Shown here: piece after piece, positions 26,502 to 39,512 of the stretch
Position numbering within the stretch: position 1 is the first letter of the stretch
How the letters are laid out: every line of letters begins with the position of its first letter
NCBI RefSeq assembly: GCF_018350175.1
Contig: NC_058368.1
Location: forward strand, 183,212,001-183,276,000
Reading direction: 5' to 3'
Length of the DNA stretch: 64,000 nt
From: Felis catus
Lineage: Eukaryota
Notes under the pieces: generated by a model
What the model was told of the DNA's origin: nothing
Databases searched by the model: none
Seen by the model: the letters and a program-made list of their open reading frames with translations, nothing else
Translations under genes and position numbers: made by a program

Positions 26502-29500
26502 ATGACTCTAAACCCATATCTTTCTATAATAACACTGAATGTAAATGGACTAAATGCACCAACCAAAAGACACAGGGTATCAGAATGGATAAAAAAACAA
26601 GACCCATCTGTTTGCTGTCTACAAGAGACTCATTTTAGACTTGAGGACACCTTCAGATTGAGAGTGAGGGGATGGAGAACTATTTATCATGCCACTGGAA
26701 CTCAAAAGAAAGCTGGAGTAGCCATACTTATATCAGACAAACTAGACTTTAAATTAAAGGCTGTAACAAGAGATGAAGAAGGGAATTATATAATAATCAA
26801 AGGGTCTATCCATCAGGAAGAGCTAACAATTATAAATGTCTATGCGCCGAATACCGGAGCCCCCAAATATATAAAACAATTACAAACATAAGCAACCTTA
26901 TTGATAAGAATGTGGTAATTGCAGGGGACTTTAACACCACACTTACAGAAATGGATAGATCATCTAGACACACGGTCAATAAAGAAACAAGGGCCCTGAA
27001 TGATACATTGGATCAGATGGACTTAAGAGATATATTTAGAACTCTGCATCCCAAAGCAACAGAATATACTTTTTTCTCAAGTGCACATGGAACATTCTCC
27101 AAGATAGATCATATACTGGATCACAAAACACCCTTCATAAGTATACAAGAATTGAAATCATACCATGCATACTTTCAGACCACAATGCTATGAAGCTTGA
27201 AATCAACCACAGGAAAAAGTCTGGAAAACCTCCAAAGGCGTGGAGGTTAAAGAACACCGTACTAAAGACTGAATGGGTCAAACAGGCAATTAGAGAAGAT
27301 ATTAAAAAATATATGGAAACAAATGAAAATGAAAATACAACAATCCAAATGCTTTGGGATGCAGCGAAGGCAGTCCTGAGAGGAAAATACATTGCCATCC
27401 AGGCCTATCTCAAGAAACAAGAAAAATCCCAAATACAAAATCTAACACCACACCTAAAGGAAATTGAAGCAGAACGGCAAAGACAGCCTTAATCCAACAG
27501 ACGAAGAGAAATATTAAAGATCAGAGCAGAAACCAACAATATACAATCTAAAAAAACTGTAGAGCAGATCAATGAAACCAAGAGTTGTTTTTTTGAAAAA
27601 ATAAACAAAATTGACAAACCTCTAGCCAGGCTTCTCAAAAAGGAAAGGGAGATGACCCAAATAGATAAAATCATGAATGAAAATGGAATTATTGCAACCA
27701 ATCCCTCAGAGATACAAGCAATTATCAGGGAATACTATGAAAAATTATATGCCAACAAACTGGATAACCTGGAAGAAATGGACAAATTCCTAAACACCCA
27801 CACACTTCCAAAACTCAATCAGGAGGAAATAGAAAGCTTGAACAGACCCATAACCAGCAAAAAAATTGAATCAGTCATCAAAAATCTCCCAACAAATAAG
27901 AGTCCAGGACCAGATGGCTTCTCAGGGGAGTTCTACCAGACGTTGAAAGCAGAGAAAATACCCATCCTTCTCAAGCTATTCCAAAAACTAGAAAGGGAAG
28001 GAAAACTTCCAGACTCATTCTATGAAGCCAGTATTACTTTGATTCCTAAACCAGACAGAGACCCAGTAAAAAAAGAGAACTACAGGCCAATATCCCTGAT
28101 GAATATGGATGCAAAAACTCTCAATAAGATACTAGCAAATCGAATTCAACAGCATATAAAAAAGAATTATTCACCATGATCAAGTGGGATTCATTCCTGG
28201 GATGCAGGGCTGGTTCAACATTCGCAAATCAATCAATGTGATACATCACATTAATAAAAGAAAAGATAAGAAACATACGATCCTGTCAATCGATGCAGAA
28301 AAAGCATTTGATAAAATTCAGCAACCTTTCTTAATAAAAACCCTCGAGAAAGTCAGGATAGAAGGGACATACTTAAACATCATAAAAGCCATTTATGAAA
28401 AGCCCACAGCTAACATCATCCTCAATGGGGAAAAACTGAGAGCTTTTTCCCTGAGATCAGGAACACGGCAGGGATGTCCACTCTCACCACTGTTATTTAA
28501 CATAGTGTTGGAAGTTCTAGCATCAGAAATCAGACAACTAAAGGAAATCAAAGGCATCAAAATTGGCAAAGATGAAGTTAAGCTTTCACTTTTTGCAGAT
28601 GACATGATATTATACATGGAAAATCCAAAAGACTCCACCAGAAGTCTGCTAGAACTGATACATGAATTTAGCAGAGTTGCAGGATACAAAATCAATGTAC
28701 AGAAATCAGTTGCCTTCTTATACACTAATAATGAAGCAACAGAAAGACAAAAAAAGAAACTGATCCCATTCACAATTGCACCAAGAAGCATAAAATACCT
28801 AGGAATAAATCTAACCAAAGATGTAAAAGATCTGTATGCTGAAAACTATAGAAAGCTTATGAAGGAAATTGAAGAAGATATAAAGAAATGGAAAAACATT
28901 CCATTCTCATGGGTTGGAAGAAGAAATATTGTCAAAATGTCAATACTACCCAAAGCTATCTACCTATTCAATGCAATCCCAATCAAAATTGCACCAGCAT
29001 TCTTCTCGAAACTGGAACAAGCAATCCTAAAATTCCTATGGAACCACAAAAGGCCCCGAATAGCCAAAGTAATTTTGAAGAAGACCAAAGTAGGAGGCAT
29101 CACAATCTAAGACTTTAGCCTCTACTACAAAGCTGTCATCATCAAGACAGCATGGTATTGGCACAAAAACAGACACATAGACCAATGGAATAGAATAGAA
29201 ACCCCAGAACTAGACCCACAAACGTATGGCCAACTCATCTTTGACAAAGCAGGAAAGAACAATCAATGGAAAAAAGACAGTCTCTTTAACAAATTGTGCT
29301 GGGAGAACTGGACAGCAACATGCAGAAGATTGAAACTAGACCACTTTCTCACACCATTCACAAAAATAAACTCAAAATGGATAAAGGACCTGAATGTGAG
29401 ACAGGAAACCATCCAAACCCTAGAGGAGAAAGCAGCAAAAGACCTCTCTGACCTCAGCCGTAGCAATTTCTTACTTGACACATCCCCACAGGCAAGGGAA

Positions 29501-30315
29501 TTAAAAGCAAAAATGAACTACTGGGACCTTATGAAGATAAAAAGCTTCTGCACAGCAAAGGAAACAACCAACAAAACTAAAAGGCAACCAACAGAATGGG
29601 AAAAGATGTTTGCAAATGACGTGTCGGACAAGGGGCTAGTATCCAAAATCTATAAAGAGCTCACCAAACTCCACACCTGAAAAACAAATAACCCAGTGAA
29701 GAAATGGGCAGAAAACATGAATAGACACTTCTCTAAAGACATCCAGATGGCCAACAGGCACATGAAAAGATGCTCAACATTGTTCCTCATCAGGGAAATA
29801 CAAATCAAAACCACACTCAGATATCACCTCACACCAGGCAGAGTGGCCAAAATGAACAAATCAGGAGACTATAGATGCTGGAGAGGATGCGGAGAAACGG
29901 GAACCCTCTTGCACTGTTGGTGGGAATGCAAATTGGTGCAGCCATTCTGGAAACAGTGTGGAGGTTCCTCAAAAAATTAAAAATAGACCTACCCTATGAC
30001 CCAGCAATAGCACTGCTAGGATTTTACCCAACGGACACAGGAGTACTGATGCATAGGGGCACTTGTACCCCAATGTTTATAGCAGCACTCTCAACAATAG
30101 CCAAATTTTGGAAAGAGCCTAAATGTCCATCAACTGATGAATGGATAAAGAAATTGTGGTTTATATACACAATGGAGTACTACGTGGCAATGAGAAAGAA
30201 TGAAATATGGCCCTTTGTAGCAACATGGATGGAACTGAAGATTGTTATGCTAAGTGAAATAAGCCATACAGAGAAAGACAGATACCATATGTTTTCACTC
30301 TTATGTGGATCCTGA
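26502..30315 (+). pseudogene. L1 ORF2p pseudogene (endonuclease / RT / C-rich domain), copy A
   Basis: [35 protein letters not shown] and CWRGCGE..H..C motifs spread over many broken frames. Confidence 0.96.
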
Positions 30316-31419
30316 GAAACTTAACAGAAATCCATGGGGGAGGGGAAGGAAAAAAAAAAAGAGGTTAGAGTGGAAGAGAGCCAAAGCATAAGAGACTCTT
30401 AAAAACTGAGAACAAACTGAGGGTTGATGGGGGGTGGGAGGTTGGGGAGGGTGGGTGATAGGTATTGAGGAGGGCACCTTTTGGGATGAGCACTGGGTGT
30501 TGTTGGATACCAATTTGACAATAAACTTCATATATTGGAAAAAAAAGAATTAAAATGATATCATCTCAAAGGATACAGAAAATGCAATATATATATATAA
30601 TATATATATATATTATATATATATATAATATATATATATTATACTTAGTTAGTTAGAATGTCCATACTACCAAAAGAAATCCCCATATTCAAAATCCCAA
30701 TGGCATTTCTTACAAAAATAGAACAATCTTAAAATTTGTATGGATCCAAAGAAACCCCAAACAGCCAAAGTAATCTTGAAAAAGGAGAGCAAAGCTGGAG
30801 ATATTATCCTTACATGATCTCAAATTATGTTACAAAATTATAGTAATCAAAACAGTATGATACTGGCATAAAAACAGACACAGAAATCAATGGAACAGAA
30901 TAGAGTGTCCAGAAATAAACTCATTCATATATGGGCTTTATGTCAATTAATTTAGGACAAAAGTGCCAAGAATATACATTGGGAAAGGACAGTGTCTTCA
31001 ATAAATAGTGGTGGGAAAACTGGACCATATTAGGCAAAAGAATGAAACTTCACCACTATCTTATACGATATACAAAAATTAACTAAAAAAGAATTAAAAA
31101 CTTAAACCTAAGACTTAAAAGCATGACATTCCTAGAAGAAAACATAGGCATTAGGCTCTGTGGCACATGTCTTCATAATGATTTTTTTTTAACCTGATCC
31201 CAAAATCAAAAGCAACGAAAGCAAAATAAACAAGTAGGGCTATATCAAACTAAACAGCTTCTACACAACATAGGAAATCACCAATAAAACAAAAAGCAAC
31301 CTACTGAATAGGAGAAAATACTTGCAAATTATATATCTGATAAGGTGTTAATATCCAAAATGTAAAGAACTCATACAACTCAACAGGGAAAAAATATGAT
31401 TAAAAAATGGGCAAATCAC

Positions 31420-31634
31420 GGGGCGCCTGTGTGGTTCGGTTGGTTGAGCATCCGACTTCAGCTCAGTTCATGATCTTGCAGTCCATGAGTTCAAGCCCGT
31501 TGTCTGGCCCTGTGCTGACAGCTCGGAGCCTGGAGCCTGCTTCTGATTCTGTGTTTTCCTCTCTCTCTGCCCCTCTGCTGCTCATGCTCTGTCTCTCTCA
31601 CTCTCAAAAATGAATAAATATTAAAATTTTTTTT
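31420..31634 (+). mobile_element. CanSINE inserted in the old L1
   Basis: TSD aatggg(c/t)aaatca at 31406-31418 and 31635-31647. Confidence 0.96.
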
Positions 31635-32087
31635 AATGGGTAAATCAAGCTCTGAAAAGATTTTTTCAGAGAAGACATGCACATGGTGAATAGGTACATT
31701 GAAAAGATGCTCTACATCATTAACCACCAGGGAAATGGAAACCAAAACCACAATAAGATACCACTTCACACCAGACAGATTGGCTATTATCAAAAACACA
31801 AGAGATAATAACAGCTGGTGAAAATACGGAGAAAAGGTGGCCCTTGTGCACTGTTGGTGGTAATATAAATGGTACAGCCAGTAAGGAAAAGACTATGGGG
31901 TTTCCTCAAAAAATAATAGAACTACCGTATGATTTAGCAATTCCACTTCTGGGTGTTCATCCAAAGAAAATGAAAATACTAATTCAAAAAGATATACACA
32001 CCTCATGTACATGGCAGCATTATTTGTAGTATCCAAGATATGGAAACAACTTGTGTCCATCTATGGAAGAATGGATAAAGAAACTGT

Positions 32088-32250
32088 GATATATCTATAC
32101 ATCTGTATATCTACTATATACAGTAGATGTATATGTATAGATATATGTTATATTCATATATATATTTATAGATATATGTTATATGTATAGATATATGTTA
32201 TATTCATATATATTTATATGTCATATTCATATATATGTATATATATGAAT
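32088..32250. repeat. AT-rich microsatellite/minisatellite inside the old L1
   Basis: Repeated tatagatatatgttatattcatatatatttat units. Confidence 0.9.
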
Positions 32251-32556
32251 ATTATTCAGCCATAAGACAAAGTGAAATTTTGCTATTTGTGACAACATGG
32301 TGGACCTCAAGGTCCACCTTAGCAAAATGCTAATTGAAATAACTTAGACAAAAACAAATAACATATGATCTCCCTTTTATGTTGAGTCTCAAAACAAAAC
32401 AAAGCAAAACAAAATAAACATCAATAACAAACACAAGCTCACAGATACAGACAACAGATTGATGGTTGCAAGAGGTTAGGGGTAGGGCAAAGGGAAAATC
32501 AGTGAAATTTTCTTTTTTTTTTTTAGTTGAATTAAATTGAATAAAAATTAAAAAGA

Positions 32557-32795
32557 GGGGCGCCTGGGTGGCGCAGTCGGTTGGGCGTCCGACTTCAGCC
32601 AGGTCACGATCTCGCGGTCCGTGAGTTCGAGCCCCGCGTCGGGCTCCGGGCTGATGGCTCGGAGCCTGGAGCCTGGAGCCTGTTTCCGATTCCGTGTCTC
32701 CCTCTCTCTCTGCCCCTCCCCCGTTCATGCTCTGTCTCTCTCTGTCCCAGAAATAAAAAAAACAAAAAAACAAAAAAAATTTAAAAAAAAGAAAA
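32557..32795 (+). mobile_element. Young CanSINE SINEC_Fc with long A-rich tail
   Basis: CpG-rich body; TSD aaaaattaaaaaga at 32543-32556 and 32796-32809; gagcctg present three times. Confidence 0.98.
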
Positions 32796-35456
32796 AAAAA
32801 TTAAAAAGAAAGAAAAACAACAGCAACAAAAAACACAAGGATGTTGATTCAGTATTACTTTGCCATATCTGGAAGTGAAAGTTGATCCCCATAGTTGATT
32901 CCCAATAGGAATAATCATCTCTTGATTTTCCAAAGCTTAAGTATACTAAGTGGGAAAGTGACAAATTCTAATCTATTATTTGCAGCTTTCTATACAACTG
33001 AATAGCTAATCAGATTTTTGTTTGGAACTTTTCACTTGGATATACAATACTGTGTAAGCATAGAGAATTCACACCTGATATTTACAGTATTTATTAACTT
33101 CTAAAGACAAAGAATACATACTAGTCCTCTTTGTAATATTTTGGGTGAAGACTATTCCTTTTGTAAGATGAGTTAAATTTGAGTGACTGTGATTTTTTTT
33201 CCCCAATCTCTGATCAATGCTGAGTTACTGTCATCTGCAAGCCACTAAACACATTCAAACATAGTTTATACACTGTAAGTTCACTGAGATGGGTTAAGGA
33301 TAATAATAATGCCATGATGCTTCTTCATGTTCATTTGAGAGTTTGTCATATTTCCATCTCTAACCACTTTGGCTGAACAAGATTTAATTCAAAACGTTTT
33401 TGCTCTTATTTTCTAAGCAAATTTAAGATTCTGTTTACTTATGTGTGCTCACTGGAGGTCATGCTGAAAAATGAGCCTCCAAGTATGCTGGGGAGACCAT
33501 AAAATATGAAATGGTAATAGTTAAGCTTATAATCTATTATTCTCTTTACATGAAATAGAGCAACCCAGCATGTTCATTGAATTGAAGATTATAAACTACT
33601 TGCATAATGCCAAAAGAATGCTCTTTCAACTAAGAATTTATCACCAGAATGCTTGTTATATGTAATGTTTGCTTTGGAATCAGACATAAGAATAAGCACA
33701 ATATCATATTTAGCTGATTCTTCATCTTAAGGGACATTTAAGGTAATAGGTGGCTCATAAGAAGGGAAAAATACATTTTATGTAGTATCATAAGCCCTTT
33801 CCTGAATGTTAATATATTCAGGAATGTATGAAAACAACTAGATACCATAAACTATTTATATTATGTTAAATTTTTTCCAAGGAAGCAATATCTTATTATA
33901 TTGCTATAAAGCATACAATTTGATTATATTTTTAGTATATTACTTTTTTTTTCTTTAATCTTAGGTAACACCAGCATATTGCCTTTAAAGCTACTGACTT
34001 CTCATATATTTCTGAACTGGTTATTTAAATTATATTGTCTCTGCCTCTCAGGACTACTATATCACACCCAGTTCTACTTCTTTTGCCTCAAGTCAACAGA
34101 AATTATTTTTTGTGGCAGAGTAAAGAAATGGGTACATATGTCTGATTTTAATGAGTAATTGAAATACCTACTCTGTGATCAGGAAGGCAGGAGAAATCGG
34201 AGACACACAGACTCAGCGTCCTGAATATAATATTATGGTTAAAAGCATAAGTTCCTATGTCATGAAGAGGCGAAGCATTTGTTTACAGCACTTACAAAGT
34301 ATGTAAACATGGGCATATCATACACTTTCTCTGAGCCACAGTTTCAACTGAAAGGTAGGTTCCATGAAGGCAAGAGTTTGAGTGTGTTTTACTCTATATT
34401 CCCCATAACTAAATGAGTACCTGGGTTATAGGTGACCCTCAATCAATATCTATTGAATAAGTAAATAGAAAGCATAAAACATGTTTATACTGATGTTGAG
34501 AAAATATAACAGGATAATTATAGCAATGCATTCATCATGAAGAGCAAGCACTCATAGATATCAGCTATACACAATGTCCTGATTTTTCTTGTCTGAATAA
34601 AGAATTGTTAATATTTTCAGACTTAGTGCACAGCTACCAACTTCCAAAATAAATGTTGATTCAGTGGAAAAAATCCAACACTACTGGATGCCATGTTGAG
34701 AAAAATTATGGTTAATTGGTTTATTTTTCACTTTTTTATTTTATAATCTGGCATGTTTAACTGCATCATTTTTTAAGGATGCCATTAAATTCCATCTTCA
34801 GGCCCAAGGCTATTCACTTCAATTGTTGGTTAATGTTCACCAGGCACAGATAGCTATTAGTAACAGTAACAGAATAGGTCACTTAAAACAGAACTATTAA
34901 AAGTGTCACAAAAGTATTAATTGGTAATGCCCAACTGTCACTGTGGAATAACAGCAATGTTGTGTATACCAACAGCTAAGAAACTTAAATACACTAGAAC
35001 AAGATACAGAGAAGGCATGGTTTTATTCTAGAATGAACCTGCAGTTGGTACTCAACTAAGAGTTGGTGAAATCTTTGACTGAATATGGGTCAAGAAACTA
35101 TTGTTACTGAAGCAGAAGAATTTAAAAAGTCTTCCATTCCTTAATTCCCTGATCCCCTTCAATCAGCCCCAAACCAGATAGTTCCATTTGGAAGGGAATA
35201 GAAGTACTTAACAAGGAAATGCTTTTTTTTCCCCTTTTATCCTAGCTTGCCAAAGAAAATACTACAAGAAGAAAACAGAGCTAGGCATTGAAGGAAAGTC
35301 TGTCAGAATACAGGCGAGGATCTCAAGCTTCTAGAGTGAGAGACAAGTGGATAATAGAAGAATTGAGATTATAATATTCTTTGTTACATATATATTTGTA
35401 TCACCTTCAGAGTTTTTGAAAATGCAAATATGAAGTAAAGAGCTCAATGTGATGCT

Positions 35457-35637
35457 GGGGCACATGGTTAGCTCAGTCAGTTAAGTGTCCGACTTTGGCA
35501 GGTCACGCTCTCACAGTTCACGAGCTTGAACTCCACATAGAGCTCTGTGGTAACAGCTCGGAGCCTGGAGTCCACTTTGGGTTTCCCTCTTTCTCTGTCA
35601 TCGCCTGCTCATTCTCTCTCATTCTCTCTCTCTCTCT

Positions 35638-35682
<45 letters not shown>

Positions 35683-35721
35683 ACTGAAATAAACAAATAA
35701 ACATTGAAACTTAAAAAAAAA
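35457..35721 (+). mobile_element. Diverged CanSINE
   Basis: ggggcacatggttagctcagtcagttaag head, (ct)n tract; flank aatgtgatgct at 35446-35456 recurs at 35790-35800. Confidence 0.93.
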
Positions 35722-35727
35722 GATATA

Positions 35728-35774
35728 TCATGCTCTGTCTCTCTCTGTCTCAAAAATAAAATGTTAAAAAAATT
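35728..35774 (+). mobile_element. 5'-truncated 47-bp SINEC_Fc tail inserted in the previous SINE's tail/TSD
   Basis: tcatgctctgtctctctctgtctcaaaaataaa; own TSD aaaaaaaaagatata at 35713-35727 and 35775-35789. Confidence 0.9.
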
Positions 35775-36370
35775 AAAAAAAAAGATATAAATGTGATGCT
35801 GTCCTAAAACTTGGCAATTTATGCTTCAAGATTCATAAAGGGGATAATTTATTTTTATTTTTAAATTAGAAACTTCACTATTAATTGCACGTTTTTTTTG
35901 GGGGGGGGGTGGTTCTCTTTCTTGGTTGTTTTTGTATTTGGTTTTCAGTGATTTTAACTTCAAAAACTCGTTCAATCTTTAATTACTGGGTCTGTTCCAG
36001 CTCTAAAAAACTCAGGAACTAAACTGCCTGAAACCAAAAGTGTTCCTTCTGTCCCAACTCAGATGCTCCTTTTCCACTGTCTCTTAAACTCACGGGTGGC
36101 TTCTTTGTCTTAGTATGTTGTTTCTCAAATATGCCTTTTGTTGCCAATATGGGGAGTTTTCACATAAGCCTATCTTTTTGACAGAGAGAATAACTTCCTG
36201 ATAGATCCTAACTAAAAACAACAACAACAATAACACTTCCCATTGTGCACAACTTTCAAGCTCCATGATTATTCACTTGTAGCCAAATTAAACAACATAC
36301 TTTCTGTCACAGCAATATGATTTTCTTATTGTGTTTCCTTTTGTTTCATTTCATCTTACTTTTCCTTTTA

Positions 36371-36542
36371 CTGTGGTTCTCATTCTAATGGGCATCCAAT
36401 TAGGACTTGTTGGGCATCCAACCTGAAGGACTTGTTGAAAGGAACAACAGGCCCCAGCCCCAGAGTTTATGACTCGTAAATGTGTGGTAGGGCCCAAGAA
36501 TCTGCATTTCTAACAAGTTCCCAGATGATGCCGATACTATTC
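36371..36542 (-). mobile_element. MER5A hAT-Charlie MITE (partial)
   Basis: c.gtggttctca...ggcccc.gccccagagttt.tga...gggcccaagaatctgcatttctaacaagttcccagatgatgc. Confidence 0.8.
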
Positions 36543-36867
36543 AACAAATATGATCATGTACATTAAAGAAGCTTGAAGGAGACTGATACAGTCATTGCTG
36601 AAGTCCTGCTCTATATTGGGATGCTAATCTCAACATTCAGGTCGTCCAGGAAAATCCTGAGAATTTTGGCAGTTATGTTGTATGGGAGGAAATGGCCATC
36701 TTGGTGATATAAAACTACAGTGAATCTTCATCCTTCCAGAAGAACAAATTTCCACACTATAACCAAGCAATGGCACAGGTAGTTCTCTTTAAACCATCAT
36801 CTCTGAAGGAGACAGTACTCCTTTGAAGTTAACACCCTGATATGATGCAAAAAAATAAAAAGAAAAA

Positions 36868-36868
<1 letters not shown>

Positions 36869-36944
<76 letters not shown>

Positions 36945-36946
36945 AA
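36869..36946. repeat. (GAAA)n tetranucleotide STR
   Basis: About 18-19 pure gaaa units. Confidence 0.97.
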
Positions 36947-37854
36947 AAGAGTACCAAGATAAATGACAAGTTTAATAGACTAATATGGATCCATTAATCC
37001 TGTGCTACTTAAGCCCCTGTTTGAATCCAGTTATTGTATCAGCCTCTATCAACCTCCGAAAGTAAAAAAGTTTCATCCATTCACTGTTCATTATCTAAAG
37101 TAGTATTTCCTTTTATTTGCTCTATAGCTACCCAATCTTGTGACAAGAGGAAGTCTCGTTTAACCCTAAAAAAGTACATTTTCATAGAAATTGTTTCCTA
37201 TTTGTGTCTTCTGTTAGTTAAGGAGACTCAGGGCAGTGTGGAAGTGCTGCTATCTGCCAACATTTCATGACATTCGTATAAGGTCATAAACCTAACTGGT
37301 GTGGATCTTTTTATAATCTCAATCTATCACAATGCCCTCTACATAACACTTTATTCATCAGAGCAGTAGAGGTACTACTGTGTTAAGCTGAGGAAGGTAC
37401 AACTTTGTAGCTCACATTTGTATTTATGTAACCAGACTGCAAATCTGGCCCTCATTCCAGCCTTTTCTCTGACTGAAATTGAGAGCAAGTTTGGATGGCT
37501 GTAGGTAGGTATTAGAATAAAGCAAGTCCAATAAAAAAAAAGTTGTTACAATTTGGAAGATACTGTGATGCAAAATATAAGTAAAAATTGGCCCTTAAAC
37601 ATTTTCACATTTCATATTACATTCAGCTTTCTGGGAGAATCACAGATTCATATTAGAACATGAAAATCGTACGGAAATAATATGGTGTCCCAGTGTTACT
37701 GTGCATGTAAAAATATGCTGTAAGGACCATTTATGAAGCTCCTGAAAGTCATGTATCACTGGTAAAGGGTAATGTGAGCACCTTAAAGAGGGACATAAAC
37801 TCGGTTGTGCAAAATTGCCAATACTGGGGGTGGGGGATACAAATGATCTAAAGC

Positions 37855-38254
37855 TTGGTTTGAGGTAGGATAACTGAAGTCCTTTGAAGTGTCCTCTTAA
37901 GAAAACCTATGAAAGGTGGAGAAACAGAACTGGGCAGAGGAAAAGTTGTACTGCATTAAAGCTGCAACACGGATCTCAGACAACCCCACAGGAGGCTCAG
38001 GAGCTGGGATGGTCCTTCAGAGTTGTCCTGTCTGGGAGAACAGAACCTTTGTACCCTATCTTGATTAGCCATTGGATTCAGCTGTTGTTGGAGATGGGAT
38101 GTTTACTTGGTAAAATAGCTCCCTTCAGAGGAGGACAATTACAGATTTCTGCTTAGCAATTTAACAGCAACCAGCAGCACTCCCAGCAGGTAGAGAGAGA
38201 AGTACACATTCCTGAGGTGAGAGATGTGGGTAAAATCAAGACGAATTGTCCACC
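37855..38254 (-). mobile_element. ERVL solo LTR (LTR16C-like)
   Basis: gggcagaggaaaagttgtactgc...ggagctgggatggtccttcagagttgtcc...ccattggat...cactcccagcag match remembered LTR16-family motifs; strand tentative. Confidence 0.7.
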
Positions 38255-38260
38255 TTCAGG

Positions 38261-38985
38261 CAGAGATTAGCCAATGATGGCCTGCAGCTTTTTTCTGTAA
38301 GGCCCACAAGCTAAGAACAGTTTAATTTTTAAATGGTTGAAAAGAAATCAAAATTATAAACTTCGTATTCAATCCTTTATAAAATTTCATGCACTGTTAT
38401 ACATCTTTGCATGAGTGCATTTATCTTACCTTAGTCCAACAAGAATACCAACAGGTATTCTTACTTTATAGATGGGGAAATGGAAGCTCCAGATAGGTTA
38501 AATAAGAAATCAAAGACCACAAGTAGTTCTGATGGAATCCACACCCAGGGAGCCTTACCACAGAGCCTGTCCTTAGCCTGACTCCACATGCAAAGTTCTC
38601 TAAGACCATGAGAGTAGTATAGGTGTGCTCAAACAGGGCATGTAAGATGTTTGCTGAGTTCTGAGAAGGGAAGATCACTATGTTTTAGAGAAGGAAGGGG
38701 AAGCTTTATGGGAGAATGGGGCCACATTTCTACTATGATGATAAGTGACACTAAGTATGAACTTCAATTAAGTTCAATGTTATTCTTCTCATTACTAGTC
38801 CTGTACTAGAAAAACTTATACTCAATTATCATTATTTGAATGTCATCAATAAAAACATTTATAGACATTTACTTCCTCCCTGAATTCATAGCTCATGAGA
38901 TACTAGTCTCATTTTTGCCCTTTTAGCCCACAAGTCCAAAAATATGTATTATCTGTACCTTTACAGAGAAGCTTGTCATTCCTTG
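38261..38985 (+). mobile_element. MER58/Cheshire-type hAT-Charlie element with foreign internal segment
   Basis: Left end ggcccacaagctaagaac...tttttaaatggttgaaaagaaatcaaaa; right end gcccacaagtccaaaaatatgtattatctgtacctttacagagaagcttgtcattccttg. Confidence 0.7.
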
Positions 38986-39458
38986 CCTTAGGCAAGTTCC
39001 ATTTTTTATCATCTGAGGTCATGCTACTCTAGTGAAAAATCCTGCAACCATTAGTGTCTAATGCAGTTTTGCAGACTGCTTGAGCCTCTAGCAAATACAG
39101 CAGATATATCATACCTAAGGTAAATGGGTATTCTATATTCACCAGAATAGTTTCTCTGATACATACAACTGTGTGTACACACGAACCAGAGATCAGTCTT
39201 CTTACTTAGTGCTAAGAATGAAACTAGACCTGAGATTCATTAAGCCTACAAGCTACATAGGAAACTCTTGTGAAACATCATTATAAGTAGAACACCCTTC
39301 AAATTCTTGAGGATCCCGTAAAACAATGTTTGATTTAGCGAAACAAGCATAATACAGAGTTGTATACACAAGATGATCTCAAGTATATAACTATGCATAT
39401 TTGCTATTTTGCATTTTCATTTTTTTCCTTCATTGCAATACTAATAAAAATGTTCTCA

Positions 39459-39461
39459 AAT

Positions 39462-39496
<35 letters not shown>

Positions 39497-39512
39497 CTTA
39501 CTTACTTACTTA
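39459..39512. repeat. Compound (ATTT)n(ACTT)n STR
   Basis: atttatttattt... followed by acttacttactt. Confidence 0.93.

Larger units (their letters stand above)
24636..30543 (+). mobile_element. Full-length felid LINE-1 copy A (degenerate), nested in the older L1
   Basis: GC-rich 5'UTR from gaagatggc, ORF1 and ORF2 remnants, G-rich 3'UTR, aataaa and short A tail; TSD aaagaat(a/t)aaaatga at 24621-24635 and 30544-30558. Confidence 0.98.
30559..32508 (+). mobile_element. Old L1, right half (resumes after the nested L1; RT core deleted; ORF2 C-terminus and start of 3'UTR)
   Basis: tatcatctcaaaggatacagaaaatgca continues the left half; then aatgtccatactacc, tactggcataaaaacagaca, tgcactgttggtgg, tgtgacaacatgg. 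Confidence 0.93.

Noticed and set aside
33799..33824. 9-bp inverted repeat ttcctgaat...attcaggaa
   Set aside because: Within chance expectation for AT-rich 64 kb
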